From Williopsis jadinii (Eukaryota), in contig AP024667.1 in assembly GCA_024346625.1 (NCBI GenBank), positions 1,426,001 through 1,490,000 on the forward strand: DNA of 64,000 nucleotides, written 5' to 3'. The notes beneath the pieces are model-generated. The model did not search any database. It was not told where the DNA came from and worked only from the letters and a program-made list of their open reading frames with translations. This document shows, piece by piece, positions 33,790-46,457 of this stretch (positions are counted from its first letter, which is position 1; each line of letters begins with the position of its first letter). Both the position numbers and the translations under genes were made by a program.

Positions 33790-34581
33790 AGATTCCAAAT
33801 TTGGCATCAACAACAAGAAATAATTAACGACCCCATAATGACTCATAAAGAAAACATGGTGCATTCGCTCAACTCGGTGCACAAATAACTTTTTTACTTC
33901 GCCCTTTGCTGCTTTTTATTGCCTTGCATTAATGGTTTCTCTACTTTTTTTTTTCTTTCTTTCCATCATTACCACTAATACTGGTGTGTATATCTGGTTA
34001 CCCTCTACATACATATATAGAATAGTGTATAGTCCCTCAACAGGCACTCATAAAAAGGTCATCAATTCATTCGTTGTAGGTTATAAGGACAAGCTAGCGT
34101 ATATCCACTTTCCTAAGCACTGTCTGGTTGACATGATGATTAACATGTATTCTGTTAGTAGTGCCTTAGGTCTCAAAATTAACTGTTCTATTGTTTTATT
34201 ATGAAGGCTACTTATAGTTCTTTCACTAATTGCCACATTTTTCTGTGATCTTTGATACTATGATATATTAAAAACAGTAGTCTATATCATTTTTTCTGTA
34301 TAAAATTGGACAAGTAGCCTGAGTTCAGTGTATGATATCTTTTCTCACAATATTCAACATAAATAATGACAAATTTGATAAATATTATATAATAACTCTG
34401 TGCTTAAGTCTGAACATGGTTAATAAACTTGTTCTAATAGCACACAACTGATAACATCCCGAACTTACCGAGGATTCGTTTATGACCAGCTTGAAACACA
34501 AAGATCGACCAATATGGATTGGAGGTGATAGTTTACTATGGCGATTTGGGACACACCCGGACACCAAACGTGATCAGCTTG

Positions 34582-35113
34582 TACTGTGTGCGTTGTGGGT
34601 TCTAAGATCTTCAAGCCGTGGTACACGATCGACTAGTCTCAACAGCAGCGAGCTAGACGTGATTCATACAAGAGGATATGATCAATGTTTTTATTATAAA
34701 AGAACATTTGATGTTCTAAGAGGAACGCGTATATAAGTGATATTATCCTATTCGAGCATGGCCGCATCCAAACACCAAGTGTAGCCTCTGGCGCGTGCCC
34801 ACACACACACTGCAGGTGGTAGCGTACTCTTCGTGATCAGTGAGATTATCCATAGATCAATCAGTTGACCACATTAGTCATGAGACTAGTGTCGGGAGGA
34901 ACGATCAGCCAACAACGACATCAAGTACCATTTACTTACCAGCAGCAACGATACTATTTGCGCAGCGTCACCTACGAACCAGAGAGGCCAATTCATGTTG
35001 ACGACCACGCTAACCAGTTCACATTGCACTCAGTGGATTTGTTCCCATGTCCTTGCACTATACGACATAATGACCACAATGTAATCCTCAGAGTTCTATG
35101 GCAAAGTTGTTGA
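34582..35113 (+). pseudogene. Second, more degenerate copy of the 7.2-kb coding fragment
   Basis: Collinear nucleotide similarity 34607-34790 vs 7189-7375, e.g. GAACGCGTATATAAGTGATATTA and CCAAACACCA; RPI and CPxxxRxN motifs recur downstream. Confidence 0.5.
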
Positions 35114-36722
35114 TCATGTATAAGGCTCTACACCTCAATCTCACCGTCGATGTTCAACACCACATGGAACGCTGCATCTAAAATTGCAACCATTTCACCA
35201 AATACGTTCGCACATGATCAGCTGAACAACTTAGAACACAGCGATATGTGTCAATCATACAACGTTGATACAAATTCGTAGTACCATTCCAAAGGCATCT
35301 GCGTTGACTAACCGCATCATTTTCTGTTTCTCACAGTAGCCAGACGTGACACCTGCATGATCACTAAGTGGTCAGTGATCAAAGTACGCAATGTGGTTTA
35401 GGCGCTAATCTTCAAAGTTGCACTCCACCTCTCTCGCGTGTTCTGTTTCAGGATGATTACATAATCCCGTGCCCTGAATATGCGGTACGCGAGGCAGAAA
35501 ACAAGTAAGATGGACATCACGAAGCAACTTGGGGCAGTTGGGCAGTGAATTGTGCACGTTGTCCGGGCCAGCTTAGGGGTCAGAAGCACCACGCTGGCAC
35601 GTTATAAAACCATCACATGTCATCCAGCTTACCATCGGGTTATTGTACCTTGGTATTTGACCAAAGAAGCAACCATAATCTGCTCGATTCCTCCCACACG
35701 GTTCTAAAGCGCGGTTTGCCATGATCCCAAATAGTCAATATTGACAGCTGACGAGTCTCCCGGGTATTATGAAATCAACAGTGTAACGAGAAGCCAAGGG
35801 CACTGGTTCTTGCTACAACGGCTTCTGGCGATCGATTCTTACGGTAAAATACCTCAGAAGCTACATGTATGCTTCTCTTCAACCGCAATGATTTCTTGAC
35901 GAACGTGGTCCACGTAGGAATCCTCTTTCCGTTGGTCTTCCTTTGACCCTTTAAACGATGGGAAATCTTCATGACGTTTTACCACGTACGACTAAATCGT
36001 ACGAAAGATAAGAGCAAAGCACACAGCGTTCCCCCAAATCCATTCTGAAATTAGCCTAACGTTGGGACCTTTTCCAACCAACTTGTCCGATCATGAGTCC
36101 GTAGGCTCGTCTACTTCTGGTGGAACCAGCAAAGTTTCTCCTAACGTTACCGTTTACAGACAAGAGGCAGGACAATTGGATAGCGTGACAACCCCTTAGA
36201 TCAAACCTCCATCTGTCCTTAGCCACAGCCCAATATTAGAAAAAGTGGAAAGCCTCTCTACACGTTGACCATCCCCATTCCTTATTGTTGTGCTCAAAAC
36301 TCTAAAGCTAACCCGATGCTCGGCATCCACTTTCCACCATACGTTTCTGCCTATGTGCCCCGTTGCCATTCTCGAGAGACACAAAAAGACAAACAGCCCG
36401 CTGCAAGTCGGTTGCATGTGGGGTAGGCTGCGAGACTTGCGTTCGTTTCTGAAAATGGAAGTCATCCCATTTTGTACGTTTGCCAACAAGACAAAGTTGT
36501 GTGAGTTCGTGACTATTCCTGGTGCTGGGCCCTCCTTTGTCCATTATACGTTGGACAAAAGTCTCTCCTGTTTTCTCCACAACAGTCGTGACACTTTTGT
36601 CCAGTTGTTATATAAAGCTCGGTCTCGAGAAGCTCCGGGCAATGTTTAGTGAATCCCTTTTGTCTCGTTCTCTCTCTTTAATTACTTGATTTCAGACGAG
36701 GAAGTAATCAATTCCATTCAAG

Positions 36723-38099
36723 ATGCTTAGAAGAGCCTTTTCCACAGACATTAGAAGCACCCTTAAGGCTGCTATCCCAAAGAGAGTTGAGCAACTCCAG
36801 GCTCTCAGAAAATCCGAAGCCAGCCTAGGTGAGCTGACCGTTGGTGCCACCATCGGTGGTATGAGAGGTTACAAGGCCTTGTTCTGGCAGAGTTCCCAGG
36901 TCGATGCCGACCTTGGTGTCACCTTCCACGGCAAGACCATCAGCGACTGTCAAGGCTTCTTGCCAAAGTGCAAGGACGAGCTGAACGACCCAAACTCTGA
37001 GTTCTTGCCAGAGTCCATGTTCTGGTTCTTGCTGACCGGCTCTGAGCCAACCCAGCAACAGATTGACACTTTCAGCGCCGAGATTGCTTCCAAGTCCACC
37101 TTGCCAGACTACCTCATCAAGGTGCTGGACAGCTTGCCAACCACGCTTCACCCAATGACTCAGTTGTCCATTGCCATCTCTGCGTTGAACAACGATTCCC
37201 AGTTCGCCAGAGCATACGAGAAGGGTATTCCAAAGTCAGACTACTGGGAGTACACTTTGGAGGACTCCATTAACTTGATCGCCAAGTTGCCTGGTGTCAT
37301 TGGTAAGATCTACTCCAACACCTACTTTGGTGGTAAGACCCTTGGTGAGCTCGACACAAAGTCCAAGGACTGGTCCCACAACATGGCCACGGTGTTGGGT
37401 TACACACAGGACTCTGCTAACGTGAAGAACTTGACTGCCGCCCAGTCACAAGACTTCATCAACCTGATCAGGTTGTACTGCGCTCTCCACGCTGACCACG
37501 AGGGCGGTAACGTCAGTGCCCACGCCACCCACTTGGTTGGTTCTGCGCTGAGTGACGCTTACCTCAGTTACAGTTCTGGTGTCCAAGGTTTGGCCGGACC
37601 ATTGCACGGATTGGCAGCCCAGGAGGTTGTCCGTTTCATCGTGGAGATGAAGAAGAACGTGACCGACATCAACGACAAGAAGCAGATCGAGGACTACCTG
37701 TGGTCACTGCTTAACTCCAAGAGAGTCATTCCTGGCTATGGCCACGGTGTGCTCCGTAAACCTGATCCACGTTTCAAGGCCATGATGCAGTTCGGGTTCA
37801 ACAGACCAGAGGAGTTCCAAAACGACGACTACTTCCAGCTGGTCAACAACTTGAGCAACATCGCCCCAGGTGTCTTGAAGGAGCACGGTAAGACAAAGAA
37901 CCCATTCCCAAATGTCGACTCGTCATCCGGTGTTCTCTTCTACCACTACGGTTTGACCGAGTTGCTCTTCTTCACCGTCATCTTTGGTGGTTCCAGATCC
38001 ATGGGTCCATTGGCCCAGTTGGTTTGGGATAGAATCTACGGTTTGCCAATCGAGAGACCAAAGAGTGTCACCTTGGAGATGCTCCAAGGCTTGAAATAA
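36723..38099 (+). CDS. CIT3: Mitochondrial citrate/2-methylcitrate synthase
   Basis: HADHEGGNVSAH, GYGH and PNVD motifs; GPLHGLAAQEV (rather than ANQEV) is the methylcitrate-synthase-type variant; N-terminal presequence. Confidence 0.85.
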   Translation: MLRRAFSTDIRSTLKAAIPKRVEQLQALRKSEASLGELTVGATIGGMRGYKALFWQSSQVDADLGVTFHGKTISDCQGFLPKCKDELNDPNSEFLPESMFWFLLTGSEPTQQQIDTFSAEIASKSTLPDYLIKVLDSLPTTLHPMTQLSIAISALNNDSQFARAYEKGIPKSDYWEYTLEDSINLIAKLPGVIGKIYSNTYFGGKTLGELDTKSKDWSHNMATVLGYTQDSANVKNLTAAQSQDFINLIRLYCALHADHEGGNVSAHATHLVGSALSDAYLSYSSGVQGLAGPLHGLAAQEVVRFIVEMKKNVTDINDKKQIEDYLWSLLNSKRVIPGYGHGVLRKPDPRFKAMMQFGFNRPEEFQNDDYFQLVNNLSNIAPGVLKEHGKTKNPFPNVDSSSGVLFYHYGLTELLFFTVIFGGSRSMGPLAQLVWDRIYGLPIERPKSVTLEMLQGLK

Positions 38100-38257
38100 G
38101 CATACACATGGCATTCTATTGATATTCATACACGTGTTTATCCTTATATATAAGGGTTGATTGATTCAACGAGCTATTTATTTGATCGGAAACCAGTTAT
38201 AACACAATCGATCTATTATTATTATTATTCTCAGTATTCACATGTAGACAAGATGTA

Positions 38258-41200
38258 TCACTCCTTTGCTGTGTCTTCAGATGCTTCGTCTGGAGCATCC
38301 GTTTCACCATTGGCAGGAGGTTGATTCTCGACTGGTTCCTCTTTAGGATCTGACAACGTAGGTGCACTTGGTCTAGGTTGAATCTTATTGAAGTGCTCAC
38401 GATCGTACTCTGTGAAGTCGATATCCTTTTCAGTCAACTCTTTGTACTTCTTCAAGGCCAAGTTCTCTAACACAACCGCATCTTCATAAACCATCGACCC
38501 CTCTTCGTTGTAAATCTTTGCATTACCAGCCATAAGGTGAATATCCTCAATGAATTCACTAAGAGAGTGATATATGTTGCCATAGATACGCTTCTTGATC
38601 ATATCAAAAGCCACGGGATACTTGATCAAGACGTAGTAGTCTGGGTAAAACTTCTTTGCAGGTCTAACCATAAATATGTCACTGAGACGACGACCGTGTT
38701 CATCCACATAATCAATTAAATCTTCACAAATGTTCTCACATTGAAGGTTCAACGTTTCACGCTCTCTTGGACTTAACGATTCAGGACGAGGGTAACGACT
38801 TGGAGGTGTGTCCTTACTGATACGCCCACGGCGTCCAGGAACAAATTTTCTACCTCCACGACGAGAAGTCGAGCTTGTAGATTCGGAATCTTCATCTTTG
38901 ACTGATGGAGGTGCACTCTTTCTCTTTTTACCAACATAGTTCATAAGTTCCTCATCATCCTCCATTTCAGATCTCTTCTTCTTACCCCTTCTCTTCTTCT
39001 TGGCTTCTGGTGCATTCTCTTCATCAGATCCACCAATCTCAGCATCAATTTCCTTTAGCCATTGTTCTTCCGTCAAGTTATCGTCGTAGAAAGTCTGCTT
39101 ACGCTCTCTAGCACCACGACCATACTCACTAACATCCTCTGGCTTAAGATATTCCGCAGGATCCTTGGAAAAGCAAGGAGGAAGCTCAGCTTCGGTAAAT
39201 AAACGTCCTTGCATTTTTTTGGCCTTGTTTTCCTCATCCATCTTCTTGAAGAGTGCCAGTTCGTTGTCGTTTCTGGACAAAATTTCGTTCAGCTCGTCGT
39301 CATCAAGATCCTCGTTTTCTTCCTTGTCGGATTTTTTGCTCTCTTCAGCTTCCAACAAAGCCCTCAATAGAGCTTCTTGCTCCTCAGCTGTCGATTTGTT
39401 GTCAAACTTACCAGCTTGAATGACTTTACCATCGATGTCTAGCTTTTGATGAGCACGCTCAAGAATCATTTCTTCCACAGAATCTTCAGTAATCAATCTC
39501 AAGATACGCACTTCATTCTTCTGACCAATTCTGTGAGCTCTATCTTGTGCCTGCAAATCTTGATGAGGGTTCCAATCGGTGTCGAAAATGATAACGGTAT
39601 CAGCTGTTTGCAAATTCAAACCCAAACCACCAGCTCTTGTGGATAACAAGAAGGCAAAGTATTCGGAGTTTGGTGCATTGAACAGCTTCAACAGCTGAGT
39701 ACGATCATCTGGCTTTGTTGAACCATCCAATCTCAAATACTTCAAATCATTCAGTCTCAGGAAGTCCTCCATGATATCCATAATCTGCGTCATTTGGAAG
39801 AACATCAACACCCTGTGACCTGATGCTTTAAATTTTGGCAAGACTCTATCTAGCAACTCAAACTTACCTGCACATCTCCAAATTTTGTTGTTGGTTTCAC
39901 GGGTAGGGTTGATCAAATCTTCAATCTCCTCAAACACAAATGGATGGTTACAAATCTTTCTGAGTTGCATGATTGGGTTATTCAAACCTCTGATTGGGGC
40001 TATGCCTTCACCCGATTCATCAGCAACAAAGATTTGATGGTATTTCAACATTTGTTGGTACATCTTGCTTTGAACTGCACTCATCTTACATTTCAACACC
40101 TTTTCAACCTTGTCAGGTAAATCTTTTTCCACATCCTTTTTCAAACGACGCAACAAGAAGGGTCTCAACACTTTGTGCAATCTTCTAATCACCAATAACG
40201 TCTCTTCTTCAGAAAGTTCAATCTTGTCTTGACCACCAGTATTGGCAAAAGGAGTATTAAACCATTCATCAAACGATTTCACAGAGTTGAAAATCTTCGG
40301 CAAGACAAAGTTCAACAACGCCCACAACTCTGGCAAGTTATTTTGAAGAGGTGTACCAGTCAAGATCAATCTATAATCGGTGTGGTAGTACTGGGTTAGA
40401 GTAGATGATAACTTAGAGTTTGAGTTCTTCATTCTGTGACCTTCATCGATGATCATGTGAGCCCATCTGATCTTAGAAAGCAATGGTCTGTCCTTGATGA
40501 TATATTCAAAAGTTGTCAGAAGCACATCGAAGTTACCAGTTTTGATGTCATGTTGCATACCTTTTCTAACAGAAGGGACACCTTTGTAGGTAATCTTCTT
40601 CAAGGAAGGAGCCCATTTCTCGAATTCCAAATTCCAATTCGTCAAAGTAGATAGGGGAACAATAACCAAGAACGGACCATGAACCTTTTTAACTTCATAT
40701 AGATAAGTAATCAAAGATATACTCTGGATAGTTTTACCCAGTCCCATTTCATCAGCCAAGATACCGTTCAAGTGATTATTGTACAACGACACCATCCATT
40801 GGAGACCTTTCAACTGGTATTCTTTCAGTTCACCACCAACAAGAATACTAGGCTGAACTTTAACCTCCTCCTTAATTCTATGGGCCACAGAGTAATAGTC
40901 AATATTTTCATTGTCCTCCATCTCATCAAACTCAGAGGATACCTCTCGTCCAATGGACTTTGCATGCTCATGAGTTTCCTTCTGTTGTTCCTTAACTGCT
41001 TGGGCCAAAGAGTCCAAAAATGTATTGGTTTGCTTCAACAAATGGGTGATTCTTGTATCCTTTGTCTGATCCAACAGTTTGATATATGCCTCCTCATCGT
41101 TCGCCTTTAAAGCTTGCAAACGTTGCTTAGCGTTTCTCTCAACTCTTTTTTGTTCCTCCCTTTCAATGCTTGAATGCATGCTTACAATACTTCTACCGAA

Positions 41201-43292
41201 CTTTGCAATTTTGTCCTTCTTATCGCTTCTCTTCTTTATGATGGAGCTAGAGTCCGCTGCAAGTTTTTCAATGTGGTCGAATTTCTTCTTGTTCTCAACT
41301 TTACGTTTCATCGAGAGCTGTTGTTCGTACAAAGCAGAAGTTGCCTGTGAATCAGCAAGAGTAACTTTGCGAATTCGAGCCAGAAAATTTGGATGGGTGT
41401 TCGTTAATAACGAGTTCTTGAAGTAGTTGAAACTCAGGATGTGGCCCCTTATGGATTTTTGCAGAGGGAGTAATTCCAATGCATAGTAATCCACAAGATC
41501 ATCAACTTGTTTAGAATCAACGTCATCTGTTTGGTCTAGCTTCTTCTTGAACTCTTCAATAGCAGCATCAATTTCCAACTGGATCGTGGTTTCTCTAACC
41601 TGAGAGGCACCATACAGATCCAACCCTTCTGGGAAGACACCAGGGAGTATATTACGGGATTTTGGATGGTAGAACAATTCGTAAGGAACTTCCTTTTGTT
41701 GTTGGGGTTTGGTATAGCTTTCAACTCGAATCTTTGGATCGTTAACAGGGAACACTGTTGTTATCTCTGGATACTGACTTTTCAACTTCTCCAAAGGTAT
41801 TGGTTTTTGATTCTCTATAGGACGAAACAGCGGAGCCGGTTCAGCAGGTGGCTGTGGTTGTTGGATAGTTGCTGTTGGCGTTTGCCTTCTGGAAGACAGT
41901 GTAGCAGATTTCGAACGTTGTTGCTGCTGTTGTTGCTGCTGGAGAGGTGGCGTCTGTTTCGATTGAGGTGGTTTTTGTTGTGGATATGAGCGTGATTGCT
42001 GTTGTTGTAGTGAGCGTGGCTGTTGTTGTAGCGGTGGAGCTTGTTGTGGTGGTTGTTGCTGCTGTTGCGGTGGTGGAACTGGGTGCTGCTGCTGCGGAGT
42101 GAACTGCTGTGGAACACCTTGAGGTGACTGAGCAGAGGGTGGTTGAGAAGGTGGAACTGCTGGTGATTGAACCACTGGAGGTTGAGTCATTGAAGCTTGT
42201 TGCCTCAAGTTTGCTCCAAAGTTATTCTTCATAGACGCCACCAGGATATTGTTAACTTCTTGGGGGATAGGCACATTCTTGACAATACACTTAAAAGCGG
42301 CAATTTGAGCCTTAAGCAAGACAGATTGATGAGGAGCAAATAGACTGGCATTTAAAGGTGATCTGTTTTGTTGTTGCTGCTGCTGCTGCTGTTGAGGCTG
42401 TTGAGGTTGTTGTGGCTGTTGAGGCTGTTGTTGTTGTACCTGCGGCGGAGTTGGAATTGCAGAATTGTTAGTCATATTTGGAGTTCTCCCCATCATATTG
42501 TTATACCCATTCCCGTTGAACTGCTGACGCTGCTGACGCTGCTGGTCCTGCTGCAACTGCTGGAACCTGTTATTTACCGTCTGTTGAGGTAACATTGGTG
42601 AACCGCTCTGTGGCACTTGTTGTAACTGTTGATGTTCTTGCTGAACTTGGGTCTGGAGTGGCTGTCCCTGAACTGGCTGTCCCTGAACTGGCTGCTGCTG
42701 TTGTGCTTGCTGCTGTTGTTCCTGCTGCATCTTCCTAGCCAACTCTTGTTGCTTGGAAATGTGCTTCAACATCTTGGACAGCTGAACAAACTCTGCATTT
42801 TGAACCGCATTGTCGCCATACTGCGCCCGAAGCTGCTGCCATCTCTATGAAACGTGTTAGTACTCTAATTACCATGGACAATCTGCCATCGTGTTGTGCT
42901 GTTCAGTTTATTCAAATCCCAGGTTGGTGCCATAGCAACTCACCAAACTCACTCAACGGGACAGACAACAAGCAAACCAACAAACCAACCGCGTCGGTGT
43001 GAGCAGGGCGCCAGTGTGAACAGGGCGCTTAAACACAACAGCCACTCTCATCACGCAGTCATCCAGTATCAAAGCCAAACAACCAGCCGCTGAGAGAAAC
43101 CCAGCAACACGCAACACCAAAACAGCCAAAAAATAAACAAACACAAAAACATCAACAACAACAACATCAACAACAACAAAAAATAAACAAACATAGCCAA
43201 ACACAATGGAACAGATCAAAGACAGCGAACAATCAACTTACAAAGTACAACTTGTGGATCTCCTCTTTACTCAGCGGTCTATTGAAATCCAT
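38258..43292 (-). CDS. SNF2: SWI/SNF ATPase Snf2; exons 43292-43242 and 42844-38258
   Basis: QLQ, HSA, DEGH helicase and bromodomain; a 397-nt intron (GTAAGT/TACTAAC/TAG) restores MDFNRPLSKEEIHKLYFRWQQLR, matching the Snf2 N-terminus. Confidence 0.92.
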
Positions 43293-43587
43293 GACGCGCC
43301 AATGTTTTCCCAAATGCTCTTTTTTTGTTTACCTTTTTAGGGACGCCAGGTTTTTTGACTTACAAAGTTGATGGGTTCTTTTTCCTTTCTTTCTCTACAA
43401 GAGTTTTTTTTTGTGGTTGAGAACCGGGTTTTGGGTTTTCATTTGGCGGCAGTGGACAGCGGAGGGGGGGGAGCGCGGTCGGAATTGCTTCTGTTTACGG
43501 CCGAGGTCCGCCGGCCATGACGGGGAGGTCCTTGACTTCCTATTCAGGAAAGTGTATTAAACGAGCTGGTATTAAATAAAATGACCC

Positions 43588-44052
43588 TCACATCTGTTCG
43601 GTATATGGGGGCAACTCATCGACCTGGCTGTTATCAAACCTGGTTTTCAACTGTTCAAACTCCTTTGCAAACTGGATCGCACCTCCTTCTACAAACGATA
43701 TACACAGGGACCATTGGTACATGTAGTTCAGCCCTCCGTTCCCGTCCGATACCCTAAACGTCACTCTGAACTTGTTGCGCCCCAACCAGGGCATCTCCAG
43801 CTTGAACCAAACGATGTCCTTGTACAGCAGTGAGAAGTTATCGTGTTGCTGGGTGCTTCTTGTGGACAGGATAACAACCCGGTGGCTTGTTAAGGTGACG
43901 TTCCCCTTTATCGTGATCGTATCGCCGTTCTGCTGTCCAATAGGATTGAGGTCCGCAGCAACCTCTTGGGGAAGGGCGAACCTATGCACTTCTTCAGGCA
44001 ACAGCACAAAGCCGGGTGGATTACTGGTTCGACTGACCCAATTCAACGCCAT
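43588..44052 (-). CDS. WBP2/UPF0664-like GRAM-domain protein with PPxY tail
   Basis: Starts MALNWV; GNVTLTSHRVV, PWLGRN and FVEGGAIQF motifs; ends LPPY. Confidence 0.75.
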   Translation of the reverse strand: MALNWVSRTSNPPGFVLLPEEVHRFALPQEVAADLNPIGQQNGDTITIKGNVTLTSHRVVILSTRSTQQHDNFSLLYKDIVWFKLEMPWLGRNKFRVTFRVSDGNGGLNYMYQWSLCISFVEGGAIQFAKEFEQLKTRFDNSQVDELPPYTEQM

Positions 44053-44639
44053 TAACACTGGTGGATTAGGGAGAAACAGGATGAACTGGAGCACAAGATG
44101 TGACAAATTACGAGTGTTTTTTGGGTAGAGGTTGATGTACTCAGCGATGCGTTTCGCGGTTATGTGCGTGCCCGGGCAAGGTGGTAAGGACACACGCCTT
44201 CCAGCTGCGTGAACGACGCGTGGTGAGTGGATTGCCTACACTGGCTCATGATGAGGAGAACGTCTGGTTCCTTCCGGATTCAATGGTAGACAACACAAGC
44301 GAGATAAGGTGCTTGTCAAATGTCCGTTGTATGCTTCATAAAATGTCCCTGTGGGAAGGGCTTTAATTTATAGGCTTGAATTGCCCATATCGGACCCTTT
44401 TCCTGCCACACATCAGTTTTGCTGTCATTTTGCTGTGCCTTTTCGTGTCCCGACCGCAGTTTCACATTTGGCGCAAAAGTCTACAAAAGAGCACCGTTTT
44501 GGGCAACAATTGTAACCCTTCGAAATTGAAGTTGGCCGCACTGGCTGTGCGGTGATACATCCATACACCAGAGTCACTACCATACGTTAAGTGCATTAGA
44601 GGTATAAGTCAAGTTGTACGAAGCCATTTTGGGTGTACT

Positions 44640-46223
44640 TTATCCAAACAAATCAGCCAATTCGTCATCTTCATCATCTTCACCGCCATCGTTTGTGCCC
44701 TGTTGTTGATGCTGTTGTTGTAGATCGTCTGCCTGTTCGGCTTGTTCTGCCTGTTCGTCCTTTCCTTCGTCTTCCTCGTCTTCCTCATCCTCATCGTCCT
44801 CATCCATCTCTTCATCTTCATCCTCGTCCATCTCTTCGCCTTCGCCTTCGGCCTCACCCTCGCGTTCATCCTCAGCACCACCTTCACCTTCACCGTTGCC
44901 TGGTTCTTCGGATTGATTCTCCTTCCCGTCGTTCTTACTCTTCCTTCTGTCCTCGTTGGTCTTTAACTGTTTGTTCTTATTCTCGAGTTCCTTCTCCAAC
45001 TTCTTCACGGTGTCAATGATTCTGTTACGCATCAATGGGTTACTTGTCTTTGAGAGTTTGGCCTTGTTGGATTCAATAGTGGATAACAGATCGGTGATCT
45101 CGTCCTTGAGCAAGGCATTCTGCTGTTGATCCTCATCAATCTCCACCTTACAATGGACATCCCCTCTTTCGTTATCACTATTATCATCGTCGTCTTCATC
45201 GTCTTCATCGTCTTCCTCCTCCTCGTCGTCGTCCTCTTCCAACGCCTGTTCCAGCTCCAACTCCAGATCTTCATCAAGAGGTTCCTCAACGTCATCTTTG
45301 CTGGCCTTTGGAACGACAATGTGGTCATCCTCCATAAACGTCTCGCCCTGTTCTTGTCCTTGCTGCTGTCCTTGTTGTTGCTCTTGTTCGTGCTCTTGTC
45401 CTGGATGCTGTCCTGTGTGCTGTTCATCATGGCCCCGCTGATGTGACAGACCCTTTTGTAAGCCTTGCTTTGAGAAGTCATACTGAGCCAAGGAATCGGG
45501 ATCAATCATCTCGTACGTCGACTCCTCTGCTTCCTCGTCCAGACGCAACAGCTCGTCAACACGTGCCTCAATGTTCTCGATGTACTGCTTGGTCATCTTG
45601 CGTCTATATTTACTCTTGCCAACGTTCTTCAAAGGTGGCGTAATACCACTATCAAAGTCCTCCTCGCCAGGGCTTATATCTTCAATCTCAGACTCATCAG
45701 ATATCCTCTTTATCACCACGAGGATCTGCGACACGTCAACGGTCTTGAAGATATTCTTCTTATCAACGGTCTTCTGGGCTTCAATAATATTCGGTAAGTT
45801 CATAAGCTTAGCAGCGTATAAGGTCTTGTTCACAGACAGCACACAGCGGTACCTATCTTTCCATTTCATCTGGATCTTACTCAAGTCGCCGGCTTCAACA
45901 CAGTGTCGCACATAGTCCAACTCTGCGTCCGGTAGTAGCCTCAGTATCAACGCCTCCTCCCGGAGGGGATCTTCTTCAGCCTCCGAGTCCTCCGAGTCGT
46001 ACCCTTCACCAGGAATACGCTGCATCTTGAATCTCAGCTTTGGCGTCACCTTGGGCCCCCCTTGTGATTTCCCGTTGCTTTTGGTCTTGCCCTTGGAGCC
46101 AAACTTCAACTTGATGTTGGGCTTCTTCTGATCCTGAACCGCATCTGTTTTGCCCAGTTTGATCTTTATGGGTGCGCTTTTCGCTTCGCTGTTTGTAGGC
46201 GTCTTCAGCTTCAGTTTGAACAT
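44640..46223 (-). CDS. TAF7: TFIID subunit Taf7
   Basis: GEGYDSED...EEALILRL, LPNIIEAQKTVDKKNIFKTVDVSQ and GITPPL (TAFII55_N). Confidence 0.92.
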   Translation of the reverse strand: MFKLKLKTPTNSEAKSAPIKIKLGKTDAVQDQKKPNIKLKFGSKGKTKSNGKSQGGPKVTPKLRFKMQRIPGEGYDSEDSEAEEDPLREEALILRLLPDAELDYVRHCVEAGDLSKIQMKWKDRYRCVLSVNKTLYAAKLMNLPNIIEAQKTVDKKNIFKTVDVSQILVVIKRISDESEIEDISPGEEDFDSGITPPLKNVGKSKYRRKMTKQYIENIEARVDELLRLDEEAEESTYEMIDPDSLAQYDFSKQGLQKGLSHQRGHDEQHTGQHPGQEHEQEQQQGQQQGQEQGETFMEDDHIVVPKASKDDVEEPLDEDLELELEQALEEDDDEEEEDDEDDEDDDDNSDNERGDVHCKVEIDEDQQQNALLKDEITDLLSTIESNKAKLSKTSNPLMRNRIIDTVKKLEKELENKNKQLKTNEDRRKSKNDGKENQSEEPGNGEGEGGAEDEREGEAEGEGEEMDEDEDEEMDEDDEDEEDEEDEGKDEQAEQAEQADDLQQQHQQQGTNDGGEDDEDDELADLFG

Positions 46224-46457
46224 CTCTGCTACTCCTCCCTCGCTCCCAATGGCGCTGATAATTCAACTTCCGTGTTGATGTTTATGGGTTGATGTTTACG
46301 ACTCGGTGCTTTGTTTTGCCTGTGGTTTTGTGTCCTTTGGGGGCCACTACGCTCTCCCGCCAGCGGGCTGAAAATTTTACGCGGACAGACACAGCGAGCC
46401 TGCCACCGTTTGAGCCCAGACGAGCCCAGACGAGAAGCGAAGAGTAGGCAGAACACC

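Noticed and set aside
32617..33882. Long antisense ORFs over SAM2 (also over RPS6, TRR1, CDC12 and RRP5)
   Set aside because: Expected shadow of strong codon bias in highly expressed genes; no independent protein features.
35715..35750. Minus-strand 'IDYLGSW' as an RT motif-7 remnant
   Set aside because: No YxDD or other RT motifs nearby; a tripeptide match is expected by chance.
42900..43055. Box C (GTGATGA) and box D (CTGA) in the SNF2 intron as a snoRNA
   Set aside because: No terminal stem or rRNA-complementary guide recognised.
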